Source of the DNA: Octopus vulgaris
Taxonomy: Eukaryota
DNA length: 64,000 nucleotides
Assembly (NCBI GenBank): GCA_951406725.2
Contig: OX597842.1
Location: 10,292,001-10,356,000, forward strand
Direction of reading: 5' to 3'
Below the pieces are notes generated by a model. That model made no database searches and was not told the DNA's origin. It saw nothing but the letters and a program-made list of their open reading frames with translations. This document shows, piece by piece, positions 1-17,600 of the stretch (its first letter is position 1; each line of letters begins with the position of its first letter). The position numbers and the translations under genes were made by a program.

Positions 1-180
1 GCCAACCTCTTCACCCAGGGTAGAACTACCTTCTCCAGGCACTTGATGTAGGCCTCTGTGTTGAGTTTGAGGCCGTGTGGAAAGATGAATGGAGGCATAA
101 CATTGCCATCACTAGTGATCACTCCAAACACTATGATGTTGACTGGATGTTTGATTTTTATCACTCTTGGTACATGTCCT
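1..180 (-). mobile_element. Tc1/mariner-superfamily transposase fragment (runs off window start)
   Basis: Minus frame reads HVPRVIKIKHPVNIIVFGVITSDGNVMPPFIFPHGLKLNTEAYIKCLEKVVLPWVKRL, matching the K-HP..VMV(F/W)G..S..G..P..F....K.N...Y...L...V.PW segment between the first and second catalytic Asp of Tc1/mariner transposases. No transposase sequence continues beyond ~180. Confidence 0.8.
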
Positions 181-364
181 CAGATTGACCCCTAAACCCT
201 CTGAAATGTTCGTATTGCAGCTTCTGGCACTAATGTCAGGCAGTACAGCATGTTGTTTCCAAATTTCTGGCAGAGTGAATTGTGTCAATGTTCTGTTTTG
301 CTCACAGACTGAGCTCAACTGACCCTACTATACTGTGTAGTTGAAAATTTACCCATTGCACCCT

Positions 365-3290
<2,926 letters not shown>

Positions 3291-3604
3291 ACCCCCCTCC
3301 CCAGTTCATTCCCTTCATACAAATAGACAGAGATATTAATCTGCCAAAAGTGAATTCCGACATAGATTCTTCTTCATCGCAATCTTCCGTACAGTTAGGC
3401 TGACATGGTGCCTCGCTAGGGTGGAGTCGGGGGTGGGGGTGGGGGTGGAATTAGGGGTTGGGGTTTTGAAGAGATGTGGGTTATGTCTTGGAAAGGGGGA
3501 AAGGAGCCGAGCAAAGAGGGCGGCGGACGAATGGACTCACCCCACAATTATGCTTGTGGAATGATATGGATCTGTATATATGTGTGTGTATATATATATA
3601 TATA

Positions 3605-7609
<4,005 letters not shown>

Positions 7610-7613
7610 TAGT

Positions 7614-7846
7614 AAGGCTGCGAGCTGGCAGAAACGTTAGCACGCCGGGCGAAATGCTTAGCGGTATTTCGTCCGTCTTCCCGTTCTGAGTTCAAATTCC
7701 GCCGAGGTCGACTTTGACTTTCATCCTTTCGGGGTCGACAAATTAAGTACCAGTTTTGCACTGGGATCGATATAATCGACTTAATCCCTTCGTCTGTCTT
7801 TGTTTGTCCCCTCTATGTTTAGCCCCTTGTGGGCAATAAAGAAATA
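7614..7846 (+). mobile_element. tRNA-derived SINE, family A
   Basis: A-box TGGCAGAAACGTTAG, B-box GAGTTCAAATTCC, body ...CTTTCATCCTTTCGGGGTCGA..AAGTACCAG, tail TTGTGGGCAATAAAGAAATA. Many copies in the window. Confidence 0.85.
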
Positions 7847-7892
7847 TATATATATTTCGTTATACACTCACCCTGTTTTTCTCTCTTTGCAG

Positions 7893-8036
7893 GTGTACAA
7901 TGCGACCGTCATCTCTTCCTCAGCCACGTCGACCCCGGCGGAGAGCAATGCTTACAAGCGGCGTCGTGGCATGATCGCACTGTTCTGTTTCGCGGGGCTC
8001 ATCCTCCTTGTCATCTTCATTGTGTTCAGCCTCTGA
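7893..8036 (+). CDS. Terminal coding exon of an unidentified gene ending in a C-terminal transmembrane anchor
   Basis: Strong acceptor tttttctctctttgcag|G, GC-rich codon-like sequence, VYNATVISSSATSTPAESNAYKRRRGMIALFCFAGLILLVIFIVFSL* (basic cluster, ~21 hydrophobic residues, stop). Phase 0 assumed; upstream exons not identified. Confidence 0.7.
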   Translation: MYNATVISSSATSTPAESNAYKRRRGMIALFCFAGLILLVIFIVFSL

Positions 8037-8217
8037 CCAGCGATGAAGACGATGACGATATACTTCGAACAGGCATCGATCACTGCCGACCCCCCACGAC
8101 CATCACCATCACCATCGCCACTGCTGGCATCACCCTCGCTGCTACTGCCACCATTGCTGTTCCCCTCACTGCTGCCACCTCTCTCTGCAGTCACCACCAC
8201 CGCCACCACCAATACCA

Positions 8218-8630
8218 GCCGTTCAAGAATTTGGACCTGGATATCTCCTTTTTCAGCAACTTCGAGGGGCCACCTCCCAGTGGTGTCGGGCGTCAACGAA
8301 GAGCCTTCAACTACAAGACGACCAAATTTTTTTTTTTTTCCAAGGTCTGGGGTCACCTGCCCCTAAGCCCTAGACCATCACCTAATCACCCTTAGACCAA
8401 GCACTTGAAAGGTCCTTCCACACACCATCGACATCAGCTACTTTGCCGTCGTTCAAGAATTTGGACCTGGAGATCTCCATTTCCAGCGACTTCGAGGGCC
8501 ACCTCCCAGTGGGGTCAGGCGTCAACGAAGAGCCCTTGACTACAACAAGGCAACCAAAATTTTTTTTTTTTTTTCCAAGGTCTGGGGTCACCTGCTCCTA
8601 AGTCCTAGACCATCACCTAATCACCCTTAC
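8218..8630 (+). repeat. Two ~180-bp direct repeats in the probable 3' UTR
   Basis: GTTCAAGAATTTGGACCTGG...CACCTAATCACCCTTA at ~8220-8395 and ~8450-8630. Confidence 0.9.
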
Positions 8631-8769
8631 CAGTCTTGTTTCTTAACAACAACAACATCAACACCAACACCAACAATCACTGCTGCTTCTGCTACGAGCC
8701 GACAAAGTTATGAACTATATTTTCCTTCACCTGCATGTACCCTTACAGGTGCGAAAGGTTAACGAGGAC

Positions 8770-8890
8770 GAAACTCTGCCAAATCAAGATTGAAGCCTGG
8801 TGCAGCCATCTGGTTCGCCAGGCCTCAGTCGAAATCGTCCAACCCATGCTAGCATGGAAAGCGGACGTTAAACGGTGATGATGATGATGA
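8770..8890 (+). mobile_element. 3' end of SINE/LINE family E with (GAT)n tail
   Basis: ...CCAACCCATGCTAGCATGGAAAGCGGACGTTAAACG(GAT)n; the same tail occurs at ~40800, 55910, 56140, 62600 and 63880. Confidence 0.8.
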
Positions 8891-9044
8891 TTCTGACCAA
8901 GCAAAAAACCAAATTATCTTTTAGTGCAAATTTTCTTAACGAACATTTTCTTAATAAGCTTTCTTATGAGATTATTCACCGCATCCTCCCGGAGTTTTGA
9001 TGACTGCTTCATTGTGAGACTGCAATGGGTGACATGCTTATTTT

Positions 9045-11072
9045 TTTACTGCCCACAAGGGGCTAAACACAGAGGGGACAAACAAGTACAGACAGATTAA
9101 TTCGATTATATTGACCCCAGTGTATAACTGGTACATATTTAATCAACCCTAAAAAGATGAAAGGCAAAGTTGACCTCGGCAGAATTTGAACTCAGAACGT
9201 AGCGACAGATGAAATACCTATTTCTTTACTACCCACAAGGGGCTAAACACAGAGGGGACAAACAAGGACAGACAAAGGGATTAAGTCGATTATATCGACC
9301 CCAGTGCGTAACTGGTACTTATTTAATCAACCCCGAAAGGATGAAAGGCAAAGTTGACCTCGGCGGAATTTGAACTCAGAACGTAATGGCAGACAAAATA
9401 CCTATTTCTTTACTACCCACAAGGGCTAAACACAGAGAGGACAAACAAGGACAGACAAACGGATTAAGTCGATTATATCGACCCCAGTACATAACTGGTA
9501 CTTATTTAATCAAACCCGAAAGGATGAAAGGCAAAGTTGACCTCGGCAGAATTTGAACTTAGAATGTAACGGCAGACGAAATACCGCTAAGCATTTTGCC
9601 TGCCGTGCTAATGTTTCTGCCAGCTCGCCGCCTTTGGTTGTGAGCTGGCCCGCCGCAATGGTTGACATACCGGCCTCAAATGGTTTGGACAAGGCGGCAA
9701 GCTGGCAGAAACATTAACACGCTGGGTGAAACACTTAGCAGTATTTTGTCTGTCTTTATGTTCAGAGTTCAAATTCTGCCAAGGTCAGCTTTGCCTTTCA
9801 TCATTCCGGGGTTGATAAATTAAGTACCAGTTGTATACTGGGTCGATCTAATCAACAGGCCCCCTCCCCCAAAATTTCAGGCCTTGTGCCTAGAGTAGAA
9901 AAGACTATTTTCTTTATAACGAGGTGGCAAGCTGGCAGAATCGTTAGCATGCTGGACGAAATGCTTAGCAGTATTTCGCTAATTACTATGTTCTGAGTTC
10001 AAATTCTGCCGAGGTCGACTTTGCTGTTCACCTTTTCGGGGTCGATAAAATATGTACCAGTTATACACTGGGGTCGATGTAACTGATTCATCCCCATCTC
10101 CCATAATCTGCCCTTGTGGAAAAAATTTGAAAGAACTATTTTATTGACCTGAAAGTTAACCTTGGCTAAATTCTGAGTTCAAATTCTACCAAGGTCCACT
10201 TTGCCTTTCATCCTTTACGGAGTCAATGAAATAAGTACCAGTTGAACCCTGGGGTCGATGTAATCGATTCATCCCCACCTCCCCCAAGCTGCCCTTGTGG
10301 CAAAAATTTTGAAATAACTATTTAATTGATCCTGAAATGTTAAGTCAACCTTAGCAAAATTCTCCACCACCATCACCATCGCCACTGCTGGTATCACCTT
10401 CGCTGCCACTGCCACCATTGCTGTTCCTGTCACTGCTGCCACCCCTCTCTGCCATCACCACCACCACCACCAACACCAGCCATTCAAGAATTTGGTCCTG
10501 GAGATCTCCATTTCCAGTGACTTCGAGGGCCATCGCCCAGTGGTGTCGGCCGTCAACAAAGAGGTCGACTTTGCTGTTCATCCTCTCGGGGTTGATAAAA
10601 TATGTACCAGTTAAACAATGGGGTCGATGTAACCGATTCATCCCCATCTCCCGTTATCTGCCCTTGTGGAAAAAATTTGAAAGAACTAATTTATTGATCC
10701 TGAAAGTCAACCTTGGAGAAATTCTGAGTTCAAACTCTACCAAGGTCCACTTGGCCTTTCATCCTTTACGGGGTCAGTGAAGCAAGTACCAGTTGAAAAC
10801 TGGGGTTGATGTAATCGATTCATCCCCATCTCCCCCAAGCTGCCCTTGTGGCAAAAATTTTGAAATAACTATTTAATTGATCCTGAAAGGTTGAAAGGTC
10901 AAGTCAACCTTGGAGAAATTCTGAGTTCAAATTCTGCCGAGGTCGACTTTGCCTTTCATCCTTTACGGGGTCAATGAAACAAGTACCAGTTGACCACTGG
11001 GGTTGATGTAATCGATTCATCCCCACCTCCACCAAACTGCCCTTGTGGCAAAAAACATTTGAAATAATTATT
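9045..11072. mobile_element. Cluster of family-A SINEs: three tandem minus copies (9045-9633), then multiple plus copies (9691-11072)
   Basis: Repeated GATGAAAGGCAAAGTTGACCTCGGC.GAATTTGAACT and its reverse complement. Confidence 0.88.
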
Positions 11073-11132
11073 CAGTTTGGACATCATCTGGACAATAAAA
11101 AGGGCCTGGAAGATATTTGTGGACGTTTTTGG

Positions 11133-12890
11133 TTAAACCCTTTAGGATTAATACTACCCTGTCAAACGTAATCCTTATTTATCCACATCGTTTTGAATTA
11201 ATCATGGATTATCTCAAAGCTCCTGAGATTTCGATAATGTGATTGTTTACTTTCAGAATGACATTGCAGGTTCAGTGTGAGGGACCTGATCTGGCTAGTT
11301 TGAACTTAAAAAAAAATTTGGGCGAGATACGTCCTAGTCAAATGTAATCCTTGTTTATCCACAATGTTTTGTATTAATCATGGATTATCGCTTAGCTTTG
11401 AGATTTTGTTAATGCAATTGTTTATTTTCAGAATGACATTGTAGGGTAAGTGTGAGAAGCCCGATCTGGCTAGTTTGAACATAAAACAGAATATTTGAGC
11501 TTAATTATATGTAATCTTTATTTATTCACATTGATTATTTATTCACATAGATTATCTCAAAGCTCCTGAGATTTTGATGATGTGATTGTTTATTTTCAGA
11601 ATGACATTGTAGGTTAAGTGTGAGGGGCCTGATGTGGTTAGTTTGAACTTAAAACAAAATATCTGGGCGAGATACGTCCAATATTAATTAATAAGCCATT
11701 ATCTGAGAGATTTGGGATTTCTATGCTGTGCTTGTCTATAATTTGAACGACATTGTAGGGAAGGTGTGAGAGGCTGGATCTGGTTAGTTTGAACTTAAAA
11801 CAAAATATTTGGGCGAGATACGTCCAATATTAATTAATAAGCCATTATCTGAGAGATTTGGGATTTCTATGCTGTGCTTGTCTATAATTTGAATGACATT
11901 GTAGGGAAGGTGTGAGAGGCTGGATCTGGTTAGTTTGAACTTAAAACAAAATATTTGGGCGAGATACGTCCAATATTAATTAATAAGCCATTATCTGAGA
12001 GATTTGGGATTTCTATGCTGTGCTTGTCTATAATTTGAACGACATTGTAGGGAAGGTGTGAGAGGCTGGATCTGGTTAGTTTGAACTTAAAACAAAATAT
12101 TTGGGCGAGATACGTCCAATATTAATTAATAAGCCATTATCTGAGAGATTTGAGATTTCTATGCTGTGCTTGTCTATAATTTGAACGACATTGTAGGGAA
12201 GGTGTGAGAGGCTGGATCTGACTGGTTTGAATATAAAACATAGAATATTTGGGCCTAATATGGCTTTCTCAAATGTAATACTTATCTGGCTTGTTTGAAC
12301 ATAAAACAAGATTATTTGCGCTGGATTTGGCTAGTTAAACCCCTTAGCACGCAGATTATTCTGTCAAATGGAATCCTTATTTATCCTCATTGTTTTGGAT
12401 TAATCATGGATTATCTCATAGTTTTGAGATTTCAATGATGTGATTCTTTATTTTTAGAATGACATTGCAGAGTAGGTGTGAGAGGTCAGATATGGCCAGT
12501 TTAAACCTTTAGCACGCAGATTATTCTGTCAAATGGAATCCTTATTTATCCACATTGTTTTGGATTAATCATGGATTATCTCATAGTTTTGAGATTTCAA
12601 TGATGTGATTCTTTATTTTTAGAATGACATTGCAGAGTAGGTGTGAGAGGTCAGATAAGGCCAGTTTAATCCTTTAGCACGCAGATTATTCAGTCAAATG
12701 GAATCCTTATTTATCCACATTGTTTTGGATTATCTCATAGTTTTGAGATTTCGATGATGTTATTGTTTATGATTGGAATGACATTGTCAGGTAGGTGTGA
12801 GAGGCTGGATCTGGTCGGGTAAAACATAAAACAATATTTGCGCCAATTATGGTTGGCTTGAAACCTCAGCATTCAGATTACTCTGTCAGA
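11133..12890 (+). repeat. Tandem arrays (146-bp and 165-bp units) derived from a TTAA-type MITE
   Basis: Units recur at 11651/11797/11943/12089 (146 bp) and 12346/12511/12676 (165 bp). Sequence is homologous to the MITE at 26881-27107. Confidence 0.85.
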
Positions 12891-13016
12891 AGTGTGATGG
12901 GAATATATAGTCAGTACAAGGTGTTGATGTGGCTGTGTGTATATTATTACAAGGGTTCATAAAGAGATGAAGAATAAATTCAAGCATTATATATTTACTA
13001 CATAAATATATATTTT

Positions 13017-13327
13017 ACTAGCAGTATCGCCTGGCGTTGCTCGGGTTTGTAAGGGAAATAACTATATAAGCATTTTTAAGAGAGTTACTTCCCTTATATA
13101 AACTGAGCAAAAAATGCATTAAAAATGCAGAAAAATGATGGTAAATTTTTAAAAAATCGTAGACTCATCGTAGACGTGCGCTAATACCCAGAAGGGCTCG
13201 ATATGAATCACGACTATAAGATACCCGCTTTTGGTTAAACTGCACCGCCAAATATGAGAGTAGTTAGGAATCCAAATCGGAGTAGACAGACTCTCACACA
13301 CACAACTTCAGTTTTATATATAAAGAT
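13017..13327 (+). mobile_element. Non-autonomous Helitron/Helentron-type element (HINE-like)
   Basis: 5' TACTAGCAGTATCGCCTGGCGTTGCTCGGG hairpin end, 3' CACACACAACTTCAGTTTTATATATAAAGAT, T-rich insertion site, no TSD. Termini shared with 37712-38490 and 43795-44135. Confidence 0.65.
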
Positions 13328-13554
13328 TTACTGGTCGATGATGATACATAGAATTAATATGTAGCATCTTGTTGAATGAAGTAATCTATGCAAGAAAGTT
13401 CAGAGATAGGAAATATAGAAATAACAGCTAAGTGGTGGGTTTCAGTCATGTGGTGTAGAGAAATATATGGACATAACAATGATGTCAATGGCTCTAATTC
13501 TAATTGACTAAGAAGAAAAGAGCAGGGTTAGAAAGCTGTTTTTATTAATGGAAG

Positions 13555-14086
13555 GCTAGATGTTCTAGAAACTTCCAAGAGAAACGCTAAGTGTTTTGAG
13601 TAATTAAGAATCTCGTCTCATGACACAGATGCTTTGAGAAATTTATTAAAGGGAGGTTACTCTATAATCTTTCTTGCAAGGGAGATAATTCATCTAGACA
13701 CTCTAGAAACTTCCAAGAGAGACGCTAAGTTTCTTGAGTAATTTAGAATCACGTCTCACGAAACAGAATCATCAAGAAAATTATAAAGGGAGGTTACTCT
13801 ATAATCTTTCTTGCAAGGGAGATCATTCCTCTAGACATTCTAGAAACGCTAAGTTTCTTGAGTAATTCAGAGTCATGTCTCATGACACAGATGCTTCCAG
13901 AAACATATTAAAGGGAAATAACTCTATAATCTATCTTGCAAGGGAGATCATTCATCTAGACATTCTAGAAAAACTTCCAAGAGAGTCGCCAAGTTTCTTG
14001 AATCACTTCTCACGAAGCCACGAGAAAATATTAAAGGGATGTTACTCTATAATCTTTCTTGCAAGGGAGATCATTCATCTAGACAT
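13555..14086. repeat. Tandem repeat, ~120-140-bp unit, ~4 copies
   Basis: Recurring TACTCTATAATCTTTCTTGCAAGGGAGAT.ATTCATCTAGAC and TCTAGAAACTTCCAAGAG. Confidence 0.85.
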
Positions 14087-14098
14087 TTTGCACATGTA

Positions 14099-14138
<40 letters not shown>

Positions 14139-14159
14139 TATATATATATGTATATATAT

Positions 14160-14674
14160 AAGAAAATAGTAAAGTGTGAAAAAACGACAGAAGGCTTAAA
14201 TGTTAAAAAATATATATATTTGTGTCAAAATGTCTGGAGAATATTGGAAAAATTTTTTTCCTTTCCTTAAAATGACATAATTTTAAAATTTAAAAAGAAA
14301 TTACCGGTTTTGCGTGTAGCTTTTCAAATTTCTTGTGACGTTATGTTTATTTTCAGGAGATTTCTAAATAAGGGGAGGTAGTGAGTGATTTCTTCCGGTG
14401 TAAGGGAGATAATCGCTTAAAAATTTTTTTTCCCTTTCCCTTGTTAATTTCTCTGTGTCAGTATGTTCGGATTGTTGAGTCTGGGTTTGTACTTTTCAAT
14501 GAAGAATGTTTCCTTGTTCAGTCTCATTTGTGTTGATGATCCGAAAGCACATTGGTAAAATGGAAAGATTAAAAATTGTGGTTGTAGTTGCTTTGCGCAT
14601 TTCTCAATGTGCTCACTAAAAGGTATCATTCTATATTCTGGGAATGCAATCTGTTGTCGATGCAGTGATATCAT
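14160..14674 (-). mobile_element. Penelope-like element 3' fragment (C-terminus of GIY-YIG endonuclease + 3' pseudo-LTR)
   Basis: ORF 14444-14674 LHRQQIAFPEYRMIPFSEHIEKC...FLIFPFYQC...RLNKETFFIEKYKPRLN fits the H..Q / H...C / R..KE..FI..Y.P.LN end of PLE GIY-YIG domains. It is followed by a decayed minimal hammerhead and ends at (TA)n. Confidence 0.75.
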
Positions 14675-17600
14675 TATAAAAATTTAATATAACGATCCAA
14701 TAATATTTCAGGTAAGATTCCCCTTTTCAAATAGAAAAAGAAATACAACAGTAGACTGCTAATAACAACACATTTCTTTGAACTCTGATTATTTTCAGTC
14801 ATCTATTTGAAAAGGTGAATTTTTTTCCCGAAATATTATACCATAAAACTATAAAAATAAATAAACAAAAAGGCATGAGAATATCATTATAAAAATTTAA
14901 TATAACGATCCAATAATATTTCAGGTAAGATTCCCCTTTTCAAATAGAAAAAGAAATACAACAGTAGACTGCTAATAACAACACATTTCTTTGAACTCTG
15001 ATTATTTTCAGTCATCCATTTGAAAAGGTGAATTTTTTCCCGAAATATTATTTAATGATATCATAAAACTATAAAAATAAATAAACAAAAAGGCACGAGA
15101 ATTTCATTATAAAAATTTAATATAACGATCCAATAATATTTCAGGTAAGATTCCCCTCTTCCAAAAGAAAAAGAACAGAACACCACATTTCTTTGAATTC
15201 TGTGATTTACAAAAATTGAAAAAAAGATCCAATAATATTTCAGGTAAGATTCCCCTTTTCAAATAGAAAAAGAAATACAACAGTAGACTGCTACTAACAA
15301 CACATTTCTTTGAACTCTGATTATTTTCAGTCATCTATTTGAAAAGGTGAATTTTTTTCCCGAAATATTATACCATAAAACTATAAAAATATATAAACAA
15401 AAAGGCATGAGAATTTCATTATAAAAATTTAATATAACGATCCAATAATATTTCAGGTAAGATTCCCCTTTTCAAATACAAAAAGAAATACAACAGTAGA
15501 CTGCTAATAATAACACATTTCTTTGAACTCTGATTATTTTCAGTCATCTATTTGAAAAGGTGAATTTTTTCCCGAAATATTATTTAATGATATCATAAAA
15601 CTATAAAAATAAATAAACAAAAAGGCACGAGAATTTCATTACAAAAATTAAATATAACGATCCAATAATATTTCAGGTAAGATTCCCCTCTTCCAAAAGA
15701 AAACACATTTCTTTGAATTCTGTGATTTACAAAAATTGAAAAAAAGATCCAATAATATTTCAGGTAAAATTCCCCTTTTCAAATAGAAAAAGAAATACTA
15801 CAGTAGACTGCTAATAATAACACATTTCTTTGAACTCTGATTATTTTCAGTCATCTATTTGAAAAGGTGAATTTTTTCCCGAAATATTATTTAATACCAT
15901 AAAACTATAAAAAAAATAAAGAAAAAGGCATGAGAATATCATTATAAAAATTAAATTTAACGATCCTATAATATTTCAGGTAAGATTCCCCTCTTCCAAA
16001 AGAAAACACATTTGAATTCTGTGATTTACAAAAATTGAAAAAAAGATCCAATAATATTTCAGGTAAGATTCCCCTTTTCAAATAGAAAAAGAAATACAAC
16101 AGTAGACTGCTAATAACAACACATTTCTTTGAACTCTGATTATTTTCAGTCATCTATTTGAAAAGGTGAATTTTTTCCCGAAATATTATACCATAAAACT
16201 ATAAAAATAAATAAACAAAAAGGCATGAGAATTTCATTATAAAAATTTAATATAACGATCCAATAATATTTCAGGTAAGATTCCCCTTTTCAAATAGAAA
16301 AAGAAATACAACAGTAGACTGCTAATAACAACACATTTCTTTGAACTCTGATTATTTTCAGTCATCCATTTGAAAAGGTGAATTTTTTCCCGAAATATTA
16401 TTTAATGATATCATAAAACTATAAAAATAAATAAACAAAAAGGCACGAGAATTTCATTATAAAAATTTAATATAACGATCCAATAATATTTCAGGTAAGA
16501 TTCCCCTCTTCCAAAAGAAAAAGAAAATAGTACAGAGGACTGCCATAACAACACATTTCTTTGAATCCTGTGATTTACAAAAATTGAAAAAAAGATCCAA
16601 TATTTCAGGTAAGATTCCCCTTTTCAAATAGAAAAAGAAATACAACAGTAGACTGCTAATAACAACACATTTCTTTGAACTCTGATTATTTTCAGTCATC
16701 TATTTGAAAAGGTGAATTTTTTCCCGAAATATTATACCATAAAACTATAAAAATAAATAAACAAAAAGGCATGAGAATATCATTATAAAAATTTAATATA
16801 ACGATCCAATAATATTTCAGGTAAGATTCCCCTTTTCTAATAGAAAAAGAAATACAACAGTAGACTGCTAATAACAACACATTTCTTTGAACTCTGATTA
16901 TTTTCAGTCATCCATTTGAAAAGGTGAATTTTTTCCCGAAATATTATTTAATGATATCATAAAACTATAAAAATAAATAAACAAAAAGGCACGAGAATTT
17001 CATTATAAAAATTTAATATAACGATCCAATAATATTTCAGGTAAGATTCCCCTCTTCCAAAAGAAAAAGAAAATAGTACAGAGGACTGCCATAACAACAC
17101 ATTTCTTTGAATCCTGTGATTTACAAAAATTGAAAAAAAGATCCAATATTTCAGGTAAGATTCCCCTTTTCAAATAGAAAAAGAAATACAACAGTAGACT
17201 GCTAATAACAACACATTTCTTTGAACTCTGATTATTTTCAGTCATCTATTTGAAAAGGTGAATTTTTTCCCGAAATATTATACCATAAAACTATAAAAAT
17301 AAATAAACAAAAAGGCATGAGAATATCATTATAAAAATTTAATATAACGATCCAATAATATTTCAGGTAAGATTCCCCTTTTCAAATAGAAAAAGAAATA
17401 CAACAGTAGACTGCTAATAACAACACATTTCTTTGAACTCTGATTATTTTCAGTAATCCATTTGAAAAGGTGAATTTTTTCCCGAAATATTATTTAATGA
17501 TATCATAAAACTATAAAAATAAATAAACAAAAAGGCATGAGAATTTCATCCCAAAAATTAAATATAACGATCCAATAATATTTCAGGTAAGATTCCCCTC

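Noticed and set aside
12892-14093. Possible solo LTR (TG...CA ends, internal tandem repeats)
   Set aside because: No target-site duplication, PBS or PPT visible; the ends could be chance.
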